From assembly GCA_964633305.1 (NCBI GenBank), contig CAZWGG010000001.1, forward strand, positions 1 to 59,850: a stretch of 59,850 nucleotides of DNA, given 5' to 3'. The first letter of the stretch is position 1, and every line of letters begins with the position of its first letter. The notes beneath the pieces were generated by a model. That model had not been told where the DNA came from. It saw only the letters and a program-made list of their open reading frames with translations, and did no database searches. Shown piece by piece: positions 8,853 through 20,289 of this stretch. The stretch comes from an uncultured Bacteroidales bacterium. Lineage in GTDB: Bacteria; Bacteroidota; Bacteroidia; Bacteroidales; UBA10428. The position numbers were made by a program, and so were the translations under genes.

Positions 8853-9389
8853 ATGAAAAAATTATGTTTTGATTTTGATGGAGTAATACATAGTTATACA
8901 AGTGGATGGCAGGGAGTCAATGTTGCGAATGACTTGCCAGTTAAGGGAATCAAAGAAACTATTGATAATTTAATTGATAAAGGTTATGAAATAATTATTT
9001 ATTCAAGTAGATGCAGCAATCCCAATGGACGTTGTTGTATTGCTGATTATTGCTGTAAATACAATATAAATTATAATGATATTACAGCAACGAAACCAGC
9101 TGCATATCTAACTATTGATGATAGATGTATAAATTTTAATGGAAATACATATGGGTTAATTGATAAAATAGAAAAGTTTAGATCATGGACACAACCTCAG
9201 CCATCATTTAATATGAAATCATTAAATACTTATGAAGTAGAAGGAAAATATTTATTAGCAGCCCTATCAATTTTAACAACATCTGATTTCACTTGTAAGG
9301 GAAATGTTATTAATGGGGCACAACAAACACCAGATGATATTTTAGAAATTTTAGCAGGTCTAGTTGATGATATTTACATAATTAAATAA
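8853..9389 (+). CDS. HAD-superfamily phosphatase / nucleotidase-like protein
   Basis: Motif I FDFDGVIH, motif II IIYSSR, motif III TIDDR. Confidence 0.6.
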   Translation: MKKLCFDFDGVIHSYTSGWQGVNVANDLPVKGIKETIDNLIDKGYEIIIYSSRCSNPNGRCCIADYCCKYNINYNDITATKPAAYLTIDDRCINFNGNTYGLIDKIEKFRSWTQPQPSFNMKSLNTYEVEGKYLLAALSILTTSDFTCKGNVINGAQQTPDDILEILAGLVDDIYIIK

Positions 9390-9399
9390 TTAAAATATA

Positions 9400-9427
9400 T
9401 TGATTATATGGGAATCAATGTTATAAT
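9400..9427 (+). promoter_or_regulatory. sigma-A-type promoter (TTGATT-16-TATAAT)
   Basis: -35 at 9400-9405 and -10 at 9422-9427. The 11-bp inverted repeat GGGAATCAATG/CATTGATTCCC (9410-9420 / 9447-9457) brackets the -10. Confidence 0.5.
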
Positions 9428-9435
9428 ATAATCAA

Positions 9436-9513
9436 CATACAATATGCATTGATTCCCGCCCTATGCATATTGTATGAAAATACAATAAAGTTTTATATAT
9501 GTCGAGGCGGGAA
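9436..9513 (+). promoter_or_regulatory. structured leader with mutually exclusive helices upstream of the ParB-methyltransferase
   Basis: 14-bp helix 9436-9449/9463-9476. 8-bp helix with GAAA loop 9468-9475/9480-9487. GC-rich 8-bp helix TTCCCGCC/GGCGGGAA 9453-9460/9506-9513. Confidence 0.5.
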
Positions 9514-9551
9514 CTTTGGCATATGTAAAACTTTTTTATTTGGAGGAATAT

Positions 9552-10760
9552 ATGAAAATAGATAATGAATTTAAAAATTTAATACCAGCATTAACTCATG
9601 AAGAATTTACAGGACTTGAACAGAGCTGCCTTGAAAGAGGTATTCAGGATAGTATAAAAACATGGCAAGGTATTATAATTGATGGCCATAATAGATATGA
9701 AATAGCTTGTAGGCATGGACTGTTATATGATACCAAAGAGCTGCCTTTCGATAGCAGGTCTACTGTTGTTGAATGGATACTTATGAACCAGTTAAGTAGA
9801 AGAAACTTAAATCCTGATCAAATGAGCATTATAAGGGGAAAATTATATAATCTAAGCACAGAACAGGGAAAAAGAAGTGATTTAACTTGTGGTCAAGTTG
9901 ACCACAAGTTAAAAACAGCTGAAAAATTAGGCGAAAAATACAAAGTATCAGAAAAAACAATTAGAAGAGATGGTAAATTTGTTGAAGATAATCCAGAGGT
10001 AGCCGAAAAGATTTTAAAGGGAGAGACAACTAAGCGAGAAATTAACAAAGAGAAAAAGAAGAAAGATTTGGAATCAAAGAAACAGCAAATACTAAAACAA
10101 ACTAATCAGGTAATCGAAGACAATAAGCCGATTATCTACAATGAATCATATTCAACTTGGTTATCTAAAATGAATGGCTGTGATTTACTTTTAACTGACC
10201 CACCATACTCAACAGATATCGAAGATATTGATAAATTTGTAAATGAGTGGTTATTTAAAGCATTAACAAAAGTTAAACCAACAGGAGCTGCATATATATT
10301 TATTGGAGCATATCCAAATGAAGTAAAAGCTTATTTAAACGCAAAAATTTCAAAACATATTAGATTAGAACAAATATTAGTATGGGAATATAAAAATACA
10401 TTAGGCAATAACCCTAAAGATAGATATAAATTAAATTATCAAAATATTTTATTTTATAAAGGTATTGAAAATAAATATTTTGATTGTCCTATTACTAATG
10501 AACAATGGGCAGTTCAATCGATTAATGCTCCTGATGGTAGAATAGGGGATAGATATCATACATGGCAAAAACCGCTTGAATTAGCAGAAAGATTAATAAG
10601 ACATTCAACTAAAGAAAACGATATTGTTTTAGACCCATTTACATGTACTGGAACTTTTATAATTGCTTCAAATAAGCTAAATAGAAAAGGTTTTGGATGC
10701 GATATAAATAAAGAAAATGTTGAAATTGCAATTAAAAGAGGGTGTAAATTAAATGAATAA
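9552..10760 (+). CDS. ParB-like N-terminal domain fused to an N6A/N4C DNA methyltransferase
   Basis: IIDGHNRYEIA ParB motif. TDPPY catalytic motif and C-terminal VLDPFTCTGT SAM motif. Start moved to the ATG at 9552, behind a GGAGG RBS. Confidence 0.8.
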   Translation: MKIDNEFKNLIPALTHEEFTGLEQSCLERGIQDSIKTWQGIIIDGHNRYEIACRHGLLYDTKELPFDSRSTVVEWILMNQLSRRNLNPDQMSIIRGKLYNLSTEQGKRSDLTCGQVDHKLKTAEKLGEKYKVSEKTIRRDGKFVEDNPEVAEKILKGETTKREINKEKKKKDLESKKQQILKQTNQVIEDNKPIIYNESYSTWLSKMNGCDLLLTDPPYSTDIEDIDKFVNEWLFKALTKVKPTGAAYIFIGAYPNEVKAYLNAKISKHIRLEQILVWEYKNTLGNNPKDRYKLNYQNILFYKGIENKYFDCPITNEQWAVQSINAPDGRIGDRYHTWQKPLELAERLIRHSTKENDIVLDPFTCTGTFIIASNKLNRKGFGCDINKENVEIAIKRGCKLNE

Positions 10761-11319
10761 AACAGTTATGAATGATTTAACATTAAGTAGTAATCGATTT
10801 GAACAAATAATTAAACCTAGAATAGCTAAAATATTAAAAGGAGAATTTTTAATTGTTGAAGGTCAAACTACTGATAAAATGAAATTAATACTAGACCAAT
10901 TAAGTGGAATTGATTCTTGGCATATTGATTTTGAAAGAGGATTGCGAGGAATTGCAAGTAGAATTCAGATTATCGATGATATTAAGTTTCCAAATGCCAA
11001 ATCATTTAATACTTTTACAATAAGAAAACAAAGAGAATCAGGAGTATTAACAGAATTTGAAAAAAGAAAATATGCAATTAAAAATGGTTATTTATATCCT
11101 TTTTATACTGTACATGCTTATATACGTAAGAGCAATAATAATTTGATGACATGTGCAATTGCAAAAACTAAAGATATAATTGAATATATTGATAAAGGAT
11201 ATTCAGCTGTTAACGGAACAAATAAAGAACAAGTAGGACAGGCAACTTTTTATGTTGTTTACTGGAATGAATTTGCTAGAAAAGGATATAAAATATATAG
11301 CTGGCAAACTAAAAAATAA
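10753..11319 (+). CDS. hypothetical protein (188 aa)
   Basis: ORF track. Overlaps the methyltransferase stop. Confidence 0.65.
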   Translation: MNKTVMNDLTLSSNRFEQIIKPRIAKILKGEFLIVEGQTTDKMKLILDQLSGIDSWHIDFERGLRGIASRIQIIDDIKFPNAKSFNTFTIRKQRESGVLTEFEKRKYAIKNGYLYPFYTVHAYIRKSNNNLMTCAIAKTKDIIEYIDKGYSAVNGTNKEQVGQATFYVVYWNEFARKGYKIYSWQTKK

Positions 11320-11342
11320 AATTAATAAAAAGGAGAATTGAT

Positions 11343-12902
11343 ATGTCTTTTTTTGCATCGAAAACTAAATTTCCGCCAGATGAATGGTCATTTTGGTTTA
11401 ATAAATATGATGAATGGGGAGCATGGTACTCAGGAGAACCAGCTCACTTATATGAATACTATAATATTACAGCTGTAGGAGATATAATCGCCCAAGCGAA
11501 AATGTGGGCGAGAATTAAAGATTTTGAAGGTTTAGTTCATCTTCCAGCTGCTGATGATATTGCAGGTACTTCGGCAAATTTATTATTTAGTGAACTACCA
11601 CAGTTTAAATATAAAAAAGATACTATGGGGGGACAAAGAATAAATTCTTTTATAGCTGAAAATGGATTTGAAAATTTATTACTTGAAGGTGCAGAATTGG
11701 CAGCTGCATTATCTGGCTGCCTATTAAAAATAGATGTTGAGCCTGATTTATTAAAACTTCCTTTAGTAAGTGTATTGACTCCATCTCAATTTTTCCCTAA
11801 ATTTTGGCGTGGAAGATTATGGGAAGTAATAACATTTAGAGAAATTAGAAAAACAGATAATGGAAAGATTTGGAGACTGTTTGAAAAAAGAAGTAGAAAC
11901 AAAAGTAATTTATTAATAGAATACGAACTTTATGAAGGTACAAATAATTTAATCGGTGAATTAAAAGACATAAACAGTATTGATGAAACAGCTAATTTAT
12001 ATCTTGAAAATATAGAATATAACAATATAAATGGTCTTGGTTGTGTATATGTTCCAAATCAACGCCCAAATAAAATAATACCTGGTTCATATCTTGGAAT
12101 TAATGATTACTCGGTAAGTTTAACATTAATGGATTCATTAGATATTGCTTGGAGTAGCTGGATGAGAGATATTGAACTAGGTATGGCCCAATTATTTATA
12201 GATGAAGAACTATTGACAAAAACAGCTAATCAAGCGACTGGGGAAACATCTTATTTGAATACATTTAGTAAATATCAAAAAGCTTTTACTAAGTTAAATT
12301 TAACAAATTGGAAAATGGGTGATGCATCTGGTGTGAAACCGATTGAGGAAGTTCAATTTGAATTACGAGTTGAAGAACATAAATTAACTTGCGAACAACT
12401 ATTCTTTCAAATAATTACACAATCTGGATATAGTCCACAAACTTTTGGATTAGGTGACTTTGGGAATGTTGCTTCTGGTACTGCTTTAAAGATATTAGAA
12501 CATAAAAGTCAATTAACTAGAGAAAAGAAAAGTAGATATTGGACACCTGCAATAAAGGAACTAATTAATCAAATGCAAAAAATCGACATAGCTTCTAATT
12601 TAAATACATCTTATCAGTTAGAAGAAATTGCTATTGATTTACAAGACTCAATTATAACTGACCAAAAAGAATTATCCGAGGTTATAAGAAATCTAGACCA
12701 AGCTAGAGCTATTTCCACATTTACAAAAGTAGCTTTACAGCATCCAGATTGGGAAGAATCTTCAATATTGGAAGAAGTAGATAAGATATTAAAAGAAAAT
12801 GGGACAACTCCTGATATCTTATTTACAGGGAATAACAATGATAATAATAACAATGATAATAATAATGATGATAATAAAAATGATGATAATAAAAAAGAAT
12901 AG
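11343..12902 (+). CDS. portal protein with N/D-rich C-terminal tail
   Basis: Size 519 aa. Position ahead of the minor head protein. W/Y-rich N-terminus typical of SPP1-type portals. Confidence 0.65.
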   Translation: MSFFASKTKFPPDEWSFWFNKYDEWGAWYSGEPAHLYEYYNITAVGDIIAQAKMWARIKDFEGLVHLPAADDIAGTSANLLFSELPQFKYKKDTMGGQRINSFIAENGFENLLLEGAELAAALSGCLLKIDVEPDLLKLPLVSVLTPSQFFPKFWRGRLWEVITFREIRKTDNGKIWRLFEKRSRNKSNLLIEYELYEGTNNLIGELKDINSIDETANLYLENIEYNNINGLGCVYVPNQRPNKIIPGSYLGINDYSVSLTLMDSLDIAWSSWMRDIELGMAQLFIDEELLTKTANQATGETSYLNTFSKYQKAFTKLNLTNWKMGDASGVKPIEEVQFELRVEEHKLTCEQLFFQIITQSGYSPQTFGLGDFGNVASGTALKILEHKSQLTREKKSRYWTPAIKELINQMQKIDIASNLNTSYQLEEIAIDLQDSIITDQKELSEVIRNLDQARAISTFTKVALQHPDWEESSILEEVDKILKENGTTPDILFTGNNNDNNNNDNNNDDNKNDDNKKE

Positions 12903-12984
12903 GTAATATAATAATTATTATTATACCTTGTTTATTAAAATAGAATAAAGTATAATAATAATATTATTATAAGGAGCTGAGAAT

Positions 12985-13443
12985 ATGAATGGGAAATACG
13001 AGTTTATAAGATTTAAATGGGAAACTGAAAATGAGGCCAATTATAGATTTAAAATATATCAATTATCAAATGAGGCAGCTATTGCGTTAAGTGATTCAGA
13101 AAATGTTGCAAAGATGAAAGTACCAAATTATAGACCGATATTAAATAAAATGACAAAGATATCTGATGAATTTAAAGCAATGACAGTTCCAGAAAACTAC
13201 AAAGAATCACATAATTTACTAATAGAAGGTTATTCTTATTATATAAAAGGCTATGACTTATTATGTAATGAATTTAAAATCGGAAAAAGAATTTTAGATT
13301 CAAACAAAGAAATGTCTTATGATAACAATGTTATAAGTAAGGCAACATTATTTTTAACCGTAGCGAATAGTTATATGAAAATTGTTGGATGTAAAAATTC
13401 AGAATATTTTTTTAAATGTGAAAAAGAAGGGAAAATGAATTGA
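12985..13443 (+). CDS. hypothetical protein (152 aa)
   Basis: ORF track. AAGGAG RBS. Confidence 0.65.
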   Translation: MNGKYEFIRFKWETENEANYRFKIYQLSNEAAIALSDSENVAKMKVPNYRPILNKMTKISDEFKAMTVPENYKESHNLLIEGYSYYIKGYDLLCNEFKIGKRILDSNKEMSYDNNVISKATLFLTVANSYMKIVGCKNSEYFFKCEKEGKMN

Positions 13444-14630
13444 ATCAGCAAAATTATGATAAATATGGGGATATACTTATATATGATGCTCAACAAGTTG
13501 TATTATTAGTAAGTGAAGAATTAGTAAAGTTACATAAAGTAATTATAAAAGACCCCAAAAATATAATTAAATATAGAAAGATATATGAAAGAAATATAAA
13601 AATAATAGCTTCTAATTTTGATAAAAAATGGAAGCTATGGGCGAATAATGACTTAGCCGAAGATTATTTTAAAGGAATTCATGATGCTGAAAATACAATA
13701 AAAGCAGCTGGAAAAAGTGTTGCCATAACTTCTAAAATATCAGATGGCAGACTTTTATTAAAGAAATTCCCCCCACCGCCCGGTATTCCTGAATTATCTG
13801 GACAAATTAGTATGTTGTTTTCTGGAAAGTATGCAGACCATAAAACATTTTTTGGAGTGTTTAGACAGGCAGCTTATTACAGTTTAGATGGACAGCAATT
13901 TCAAATATTAAGAGCTTCGAATGATATATTTAAAAAAGTTTCAATTATGTCAGGTGAAAATTTTTATAGTGAAGCAGACATTTTCACAAGGCGTAAATTT
14001 TCGCAAGCTATGTTGGATGACTTTGCGAAGCGAGGACTTCAAACTATTACATATAAAAATGGGGCTAGATATAGTATTGATTCTTATTGTGAAACAGTTG
14101 GCCGAACTGTTACCGCTAGATGTGGACTTCAAGCTAATTTAAATAGATTAATGCAAAATGATTATAATTTAGTAATAGTATCTAGTCATTTTAGAGCTTG
14201 TCAAATGTGTATACCATATGAAGGTGTAACGCTCTCTATTGATGGGAAAAGTAATAAATATGAAAGTATTGATGATGCAATAAGAAATGGTCTTTTTCAT
14301 TGCAATTGTGTACATGATGTATCCGCATTTTTCGAATGTATAACACCAGAAGAGCTGCCAAGGGTTAATCCATACGAACAAAAGCTTATAGACGAGCATG
14401 GATATAATAAAGCTCAACAAATAGCATATGAAGCACAACAAAGACAAAGAGCAATAGAACGACAAATAAGAACATGGAAAAGAAGAAAGTCAGTTTCTTT
14501 AAATGATAATAGAAAAGACTATTCACAAGCTAAAATTAATTTTTGGCAAAAAGAACAAAGGGAACATTTAGAAAAAAATAAATTTTTACATAGAAAATAC
14601 ACAAGAGAACAGATTAAAAAAGCTCATTAA
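13440..14630 (+). CDS. minor head / head-morphogenesis protein (SPP1 gp7 / Mu F-like), TTG start
   Basis: Motifs SSHFRACQMCIPYEG and FHCNCVH. Follows the portal. Confidence 0.7.
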   Translation: MNQQNYDKYGDILIYDAQQVVLLVSEELVKLHKVIIKDPKNIIKYRKIYERNIKIIASNFDKKWKLWANNDLAEDYFKGIHDAENTIKAAGKSVAITSKISDGRLLLKKFPPPPGIPELSGQISMLFSGKYADHKTFFGVFRQAAYYSLDGQQFQILRASNDIFKKVSIMSGENFYSEADIFTRRKFSQAMLDDFAKRGLQTITYKNGARYSIDSYCETVGRTVTARCGLQANLNRLMQNDYNLVIVSSHFRACQMCIPYEGVTLSIDGKSNKYESIDDAIRNGLFHCNCVHDVSAFFECITPEELPRVNPYEQKLIDEHGYNKAQQIAYEAQQRQRAIERQIRTWKRRKSVSLNDNRKDYSQAKINFWQKEQREHLEKNKFLHRKYTREQIKKAH

Positions 14631-14707
14631 ATCAGGGGTTTTATATTAACTATGTGGTATGTAAAAAGTTTGATAAATCAATTAATAAATTATAGAAAGG
14701 ATTGAAA

Positions 14708-14860
14708 ATGATGAAAGAAGCGAATGGAAAGTGTGCTGAATGTGGAAGTGATGATTTAATACTTGAAAAAGGTCATTATGAATGTAGAAAGTGCGGTAAT
14801 GTTGGAAGTTTCAAGGAATGGGTAAGAGCAGTAGAAGCAGAAAAGAAAAAGGGAAAATAA
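14708..14860 (+). CDS. small zinc-ribbon protein (50 aa)
   Basis: Hand-translated. CAEC...CRKC motif. AAAGGA RBS. Confidence 0.5.
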   Translation: MMKEANGKCAECGSDDLILEKGHYECRKCGNVGSFKEWVRAVEAEKKKGK

Positions 14861-15109
14861 ATGATTATATTTGAAAAATGGAATAAAAAGAGTGATATAT
14901 ATTTTAAAATAGCTAATATGAAAAAGCACTGGTCTATTAATGGAGTAGGCAGAATTTGGAGAATAAGTACAAATGGAGCAAATATACATGATAAATGTTT
15001 CGATTTTTCAATAAATTTGGGATATATAATAATAAATTTTATCTTGTTTGATATGGATAATAATAAATTAATTTTATTATTGAGAAAGATTTATAAAAAA
15101 GATTCTTAA
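14861..15109 (+). CDS. hypothetical protein (82 aa)
   Basis: ORF track only. Abuts the previous stop. Confidence 0.35.
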   Translation: MIIFEKWNKKSDIYFKIANMKKHWSINGVGRIWRISTNGANIHDKCFDFSINLGYIIINFILFDMDNNKLILLLRKIYKKDS

Positions 15110-15156
15110 TAGTTTCTTTTTTATAAAAAACTATATAAAAGATTGGGGAATTAAAT

Positions 15157-16863
<1,707 letters not shown>

Positions 16864-16865
16864 AT

Positions 16866-17483
16866 ATGTCGAGAATTATATTAGATTTTGGGAGTGGAAA
16901 TACTTGTAAAAATCAGAAATCATATATTAGAAAGATGTATGATGAATTAAAAAGAATTGATAGAAATAAACATGAAATTATTGTTAAATGGCAGCTATTT
17001 AATAGAGCAGGAATAAATATTTCATTAAAACAAGAAATGTTTAATTTTGCTTATGAATATGGAAATGAATTAGGATATAAAGTAACTGCATCTGTTTTTG
17101 ATAAAGAATCATTAGATTTTTTACTACTTCATGATATACCATTTGTTAAAATTGCTAATAATAGAATGTTAGATTATTTAATTCCTAGTATTCCTGAAAA
17201 TATACAACTTTATATTTCAGGAAATACACCGTTGTGGCTGCCTGAAAGAAAAAAGAATGTAACACAACTATGGTGTATAAGTGATTATCCAGCAAATAAA
17301 GATGATTATATGAAAATGAAATTATCTTTAGGTTGTGCTATTTCTGACCATACTACAGATTTTTATTTATTTAGAACATTGATGCCACGTATTATTGAAT
17401 GGCATTATAAATTAGGTAATTCAACAGGTTTAGATTCTGGAGACTTTGCAAGAACTCCAGAGCAATTAAAAGAAATTTTATAA
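16866..17483 (+). CDS. short NeuB/PseI-family (sialic-acid-synthase-like) TIM-barrel protein lacking a SAF domain
   Basis: VKWQLF, ASVFDKESLDFL, PFVKIANN, CISDYP, AISDHT and IIEWHYKL are collinear with NeuB motifs. Confidence 0.5.
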   Translation: MSRIILDFGSGNTCKNQKSYIRKMYDELKRIDRNKHEIIVKWQLFNRAGINISLKQEMFNFAYEYGNELGYKVTASVFDKESLDFLLLHDIPFVKIANNRMLDYLIPSIPENIQLYISGNTPLWLPERKKNVTQLWCISDYPANKDDYMKMKLSLGCAISDHTTDFYLFRTLMPRIIEWHYKLGNSTGLDSGDFARTPEQLKEIL

Positions 17484-17603
17484 ATTAAAATATAAGAATA
17501 TAGTTAATATAAGTTAGGGGTTCGAATCCTTACTCAGCTGGGAAAAATCTATAGTGTAGAGGGCACGATATTAATTATACTCTTAAATATTAAGGAGAAT
17601 TTT

Positions 17604-18053
17604 ATGAGAAAATATGATGAAGTTATAAGAAGTATGACAAACCAAAAACCAAATAATAATCAAATAGAAAGAATAGAAAGAATTAGAGAGATATATAAAA
17701 CAGTTACAAAAACTATTTTTGATAATTGTAATGATTCACTTTATTTGGATGAAGCTGTGAAAAATTTAGAATTATCATTAATGTTGGCAGTAAAATCTAT
17801 AGTTTTGAATTGTAGTAATGATAATTTTAATATTGAAAATGATTTGAATGCTGCTGGATATAAAAAACAAGATAATAAAAATCCCATATATGATTATCCA
17901 CAAATATTAGTTTACAATGAAATGAATTCAGAACTAGAAAAACGCAGATTGATATTAGTAGAAAGTATTATTAATAATACTCCAGTTGTTACTTCGGAAT
18001 TATTTGAAATTGTAATTTATATTATTGATTGTCTTAGAACTATAAATAAATAA
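17604..18053 (+). CDS. hypothetical helical protein (149 aa) interrupting the sugar island
   Basis: ORF track. AAGGAG RBS. Flanked by non-coding gaps of 120 and 115 bp. Confidence 0.6.
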   Translation: MRKYDEVIRSMTNQKPNNNQIERIERIREIYKTVTKTIFDNCNDSLYLDEAVKNLELSLMLAVKSIVLNCSNDNFNIENDLNAAGYKKQDNKNPIYDYPQILVYNEMNSELEKRRLILVESIINNTPVVTSELFEIVIYIIDCLRTINK

Positions 18054-18168
18054 TAAATTATAGAAAAATCTTAATAAATGAGGTAGAAAGATATAAATAA
18101 TATGATAGAAAGACTTAGAAATGATTAAAATATGGGGAAAAGAAAAATAAAATTCACGAGGAATTAAA

Positions 18169-19260
18169 ATGATATTAAATTTAAAAGATTGTGTTGGTTG
18201 TGGTGCTTGTTATAATGTTTGTGAATTTAATGCAATAAAAATGATATATGATGTTGAAGGTTTTGTATATTCAAAAATAAATATTGATAAATGTGTTAAA
18301 TGTAATAAATGTTTAACGGTATGTCCTGTTATTAATAAACCAGATATTAATAAAAAATTTAATATTTATGCTGGTTATGATAAAAATAAAAATATAGTAA
18401 AAATGAGTTCATCAGGTGGACTTTTCAGAAGATTTGCAAAATATATATTAAATCAGAATGGAATTGTTTTTGGAGTTGGATTCGATGAATTAAAATTAAA
18501 ACATTTAGAAATTAATTCACTTGATAATTTAAATAAAATATGTGGTTCTAAATATGTTCAATCTTATATAGGAGACTCATATAAAAAAGTTAAAATTGCA
18601 TTAAATGAAAATAAAAAAATATTATTTTCTGGCACGCCATGTCAGATATCAGGATTAAAAAGTTATTTAAAATATTTCGGGCTTGATAATAATTCAAATT
18701 TATTCACTATAGCAATTGTATGTCATGGTGTTCCATCAACAAAGATTTTTAATGATTATATAAATTTATTACAAAATAAATACAATTCAAAAGTTAAGAA
18801 TATTAATTTTAGGAATAAATTAAAAGGATGGCAAAATTATTATATAACTATTGAGTTTGATGATAAAAAAATAATACAAAAAGCTTCAAAAAATTCTTAT
18901 ATGATAGGATTTTTAAAAAATTATTATTTAAGAAAAACATGTTACAATTGCAAATTCAAAGAAACTATAAAGGATATAGATATTTTATTAGGTGACGCAT
19001 GGGGAATTAAAAATAATTATCCTGATATTTATAATAAAAATGGGACTTCTATTTTAATTATAAATTCAAAACAAGGAGAATATTTATATAAAAAAAATTT
19101 AAAGTATCTTAAATTGAAAAAAATAAATTATAATTTTGTAAAAAAATATAATCCATGTATTTATAAATCAGTTAAAGATATAATTAAAAGAAAAAATTTT
19201 TTTGAATTATATTTATCAGAAGGATTTAAATATGTATATATAAAATTTATGAGAGGGTGA
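18169..19260 (+). CDS. FrhB/FdhB-like (coenzyme F420 hydrogenase beta-like) 2x[4Fe-4S] protein
   Basis: CVGCGACYNVC and CVKCNKCLTVCP ferredoxin motifs, plus SSSGG. This family is typically paired with pyruvyl transferases. Confidence 0.7.
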   Translation: MILNLKDCVGCGACYNVCEFNAIKMIYDVEGFVYSKINIDKCVKCNKCLTVCPVINKPDINKKFNIYAGYDKNKNIVKMSSSGGLFRRFAKYILNQNGIVFGVGFDELKLKHLEINSLDNLNKICGSKYVQSYIGDSYKKVKIALNENKKILFSGTPCQISGLKSYLKYFGLDNNSNLFTIAIVCHGVPSTKIFNDYINLLQNKYNSKVKNINFRNKLKGWQNYYITIEFDDKKIIQKASKNSYMIGFLKNYYLRKTCYNCKFKETIKDIDILLGDAWGIKNNYPDIYNKNGTSILIINSKQGEYLYKKNLKYLKLKKINYNFVKKYNPCIYKSVKDIIKRKNFFELYLSEGFKYVYIKFMRG

Positions 19261-19264
19261 TATT

Positions 19265-20269
19265 TTGAAAGTTGCAATTATTACATTATTCGGATACTTT
19301 AACTATGGGAATAGACTCCAAAATTTAGCTATGCAGGGAATTTTAAAGAGTTTAGATTGCGAAGTTGAAACATTAAAATTTTTTCCAACAAGTATTCCAA
19401 AAAAACTTGATAAACTATCAATATCAAAGCGTAAAAATATAAAAAAATGGTCAATTGAAAATATAAAAGAAAGATATATTCCGATTGAAAAGAAAAAAAC
19501 AATAATAAATGAATATGATTATTTTTGTATTGGAAGCGACCAAATTTTTAATCCAAAAGCAAAATTAATATTTAAATTAAATTTTTTGGATTTTATACCA
19601 GCAAATAAAAAATTTACTTTTGCTGCAAGTTTTGGAAGAACAATAATAAAAAAAGATATTATTAATAAATATAAAAATGGTCTAAAAAGTTTTGAGTCTA
19701 AACGATTATCTATAAGAGAAAATGAAGGCAAAAAATTAATTAAAAAATTAGTTAATAAAAATTGTTATGTACATTTAGACCCTGCCCTGGTTTTCAATAA
19801 ATGGGATGATTTTATAGATAAAAAAATTACTGTTGCTTCAAAAAAATATTTATTAACATATTTTTTGGGAAAAATACCAGAACAAAAAAGATACTTTATT
19901 GAAAATATAGCAAAAATGTGTAATTTAGAAATAATTGAATTGAATAATATAAAATTCAGAAGAATGTATACAATAAACCCATCTGAGTTTTTATTTTTAA
20001 TTAATAAAGCATCATTAATTTTTACAAATTCATATCATGGTGTTTTATTTTCAATTGTGTTTAAAAAACAATTTGTTTTTATTGAAACAAGACCTAAAAT
20101 GAAATCAAGATTGAATACATTATTTTCTATATTTGACTTAAATGACAGAAAGTTTGAAAATATAAATATGAATGATTTATTTAATATAAATTATTCTAAA
20201 TTAAAACCAATTTTAGATGATGGTATAAATAATGCTTTAAATTATTTATATTTGAATATAAATAATTAA
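19265..20269 (+). CDS. polysaccharide pyruvyl transferase family protein (TTG start)
   Basis: N-terminal ITLFGYFNYGNRLQ and the GSDQIFNP motif. 334 aa. Confidence 0.65.
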   Translation: MKVAIITLFGYFNYGNRLQNLAMQGILKSLDCEVETLKFFPTSIPKKLDKLSISKRKNIKKWSIENIKERYIPIEKKKTIINEYDYFCIGSDQIFNPKAKLIFKLNFLDFIPANKKFTFAASFGRTIIKKDIINKYKNGLKSFESKRLSIRENEGKKLIKKLVNKNCYVHLDPALVFNKWDDFIDKKITVASKKYLLTYFLGKIPEQKRYFIENIAKMCNLEIIELNNIKFRRMYTINPSEFLFLINKASLIFTNSYHGVLFSIVFKKQFVFIETRPKMKSRLNTLFSIFDLNDRKFENINMNDLFNINYSKLKPILDDGINNALNYLYLNINN

Positions 20270-20289
20270 ATAGAATTTAGGTGTGATTT

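Noticed and set aside
12831-12899. AAT/GAT codon runs in the portal C-terminus, and also the poly-N tract at 5506-5530 in the ParB-like gene.
   Set aside because: These are in-frame low-complexity N/D tails within coding sequence. They are not independent repeat elements or regulatory sites.
12903-12984. AT-rich imperfect palindromes after the portal gene (GGTAATATAATAATTATTATTATACC and a partial inverted copy), considered as a terminator or attP core.
   Set aside because: The pairing is imperfect and made almost only of A/T. There is no adjacent recombinase. The signal cannot be distinguished from low-complexity AT sequence by eye.
13921-14142. Alternative-frame plus-strand ORF (73 aa) within the minor head protein gene.
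   Set aside because: It is fully nested in another frame of a motif-supported gene and has no RBS.
17500-17545. Possible tRNA gene, because of the GGTTCGAATCC T-loop signature.
   Set aside because: The T-stem pairs poorly (AGGGG vs CCTTA). No complementary 5' acceptor strand, D-arm or anticodon arm can be drawn in the upstream 70 nt. Treated as a 3' tRNA-like fragment only.
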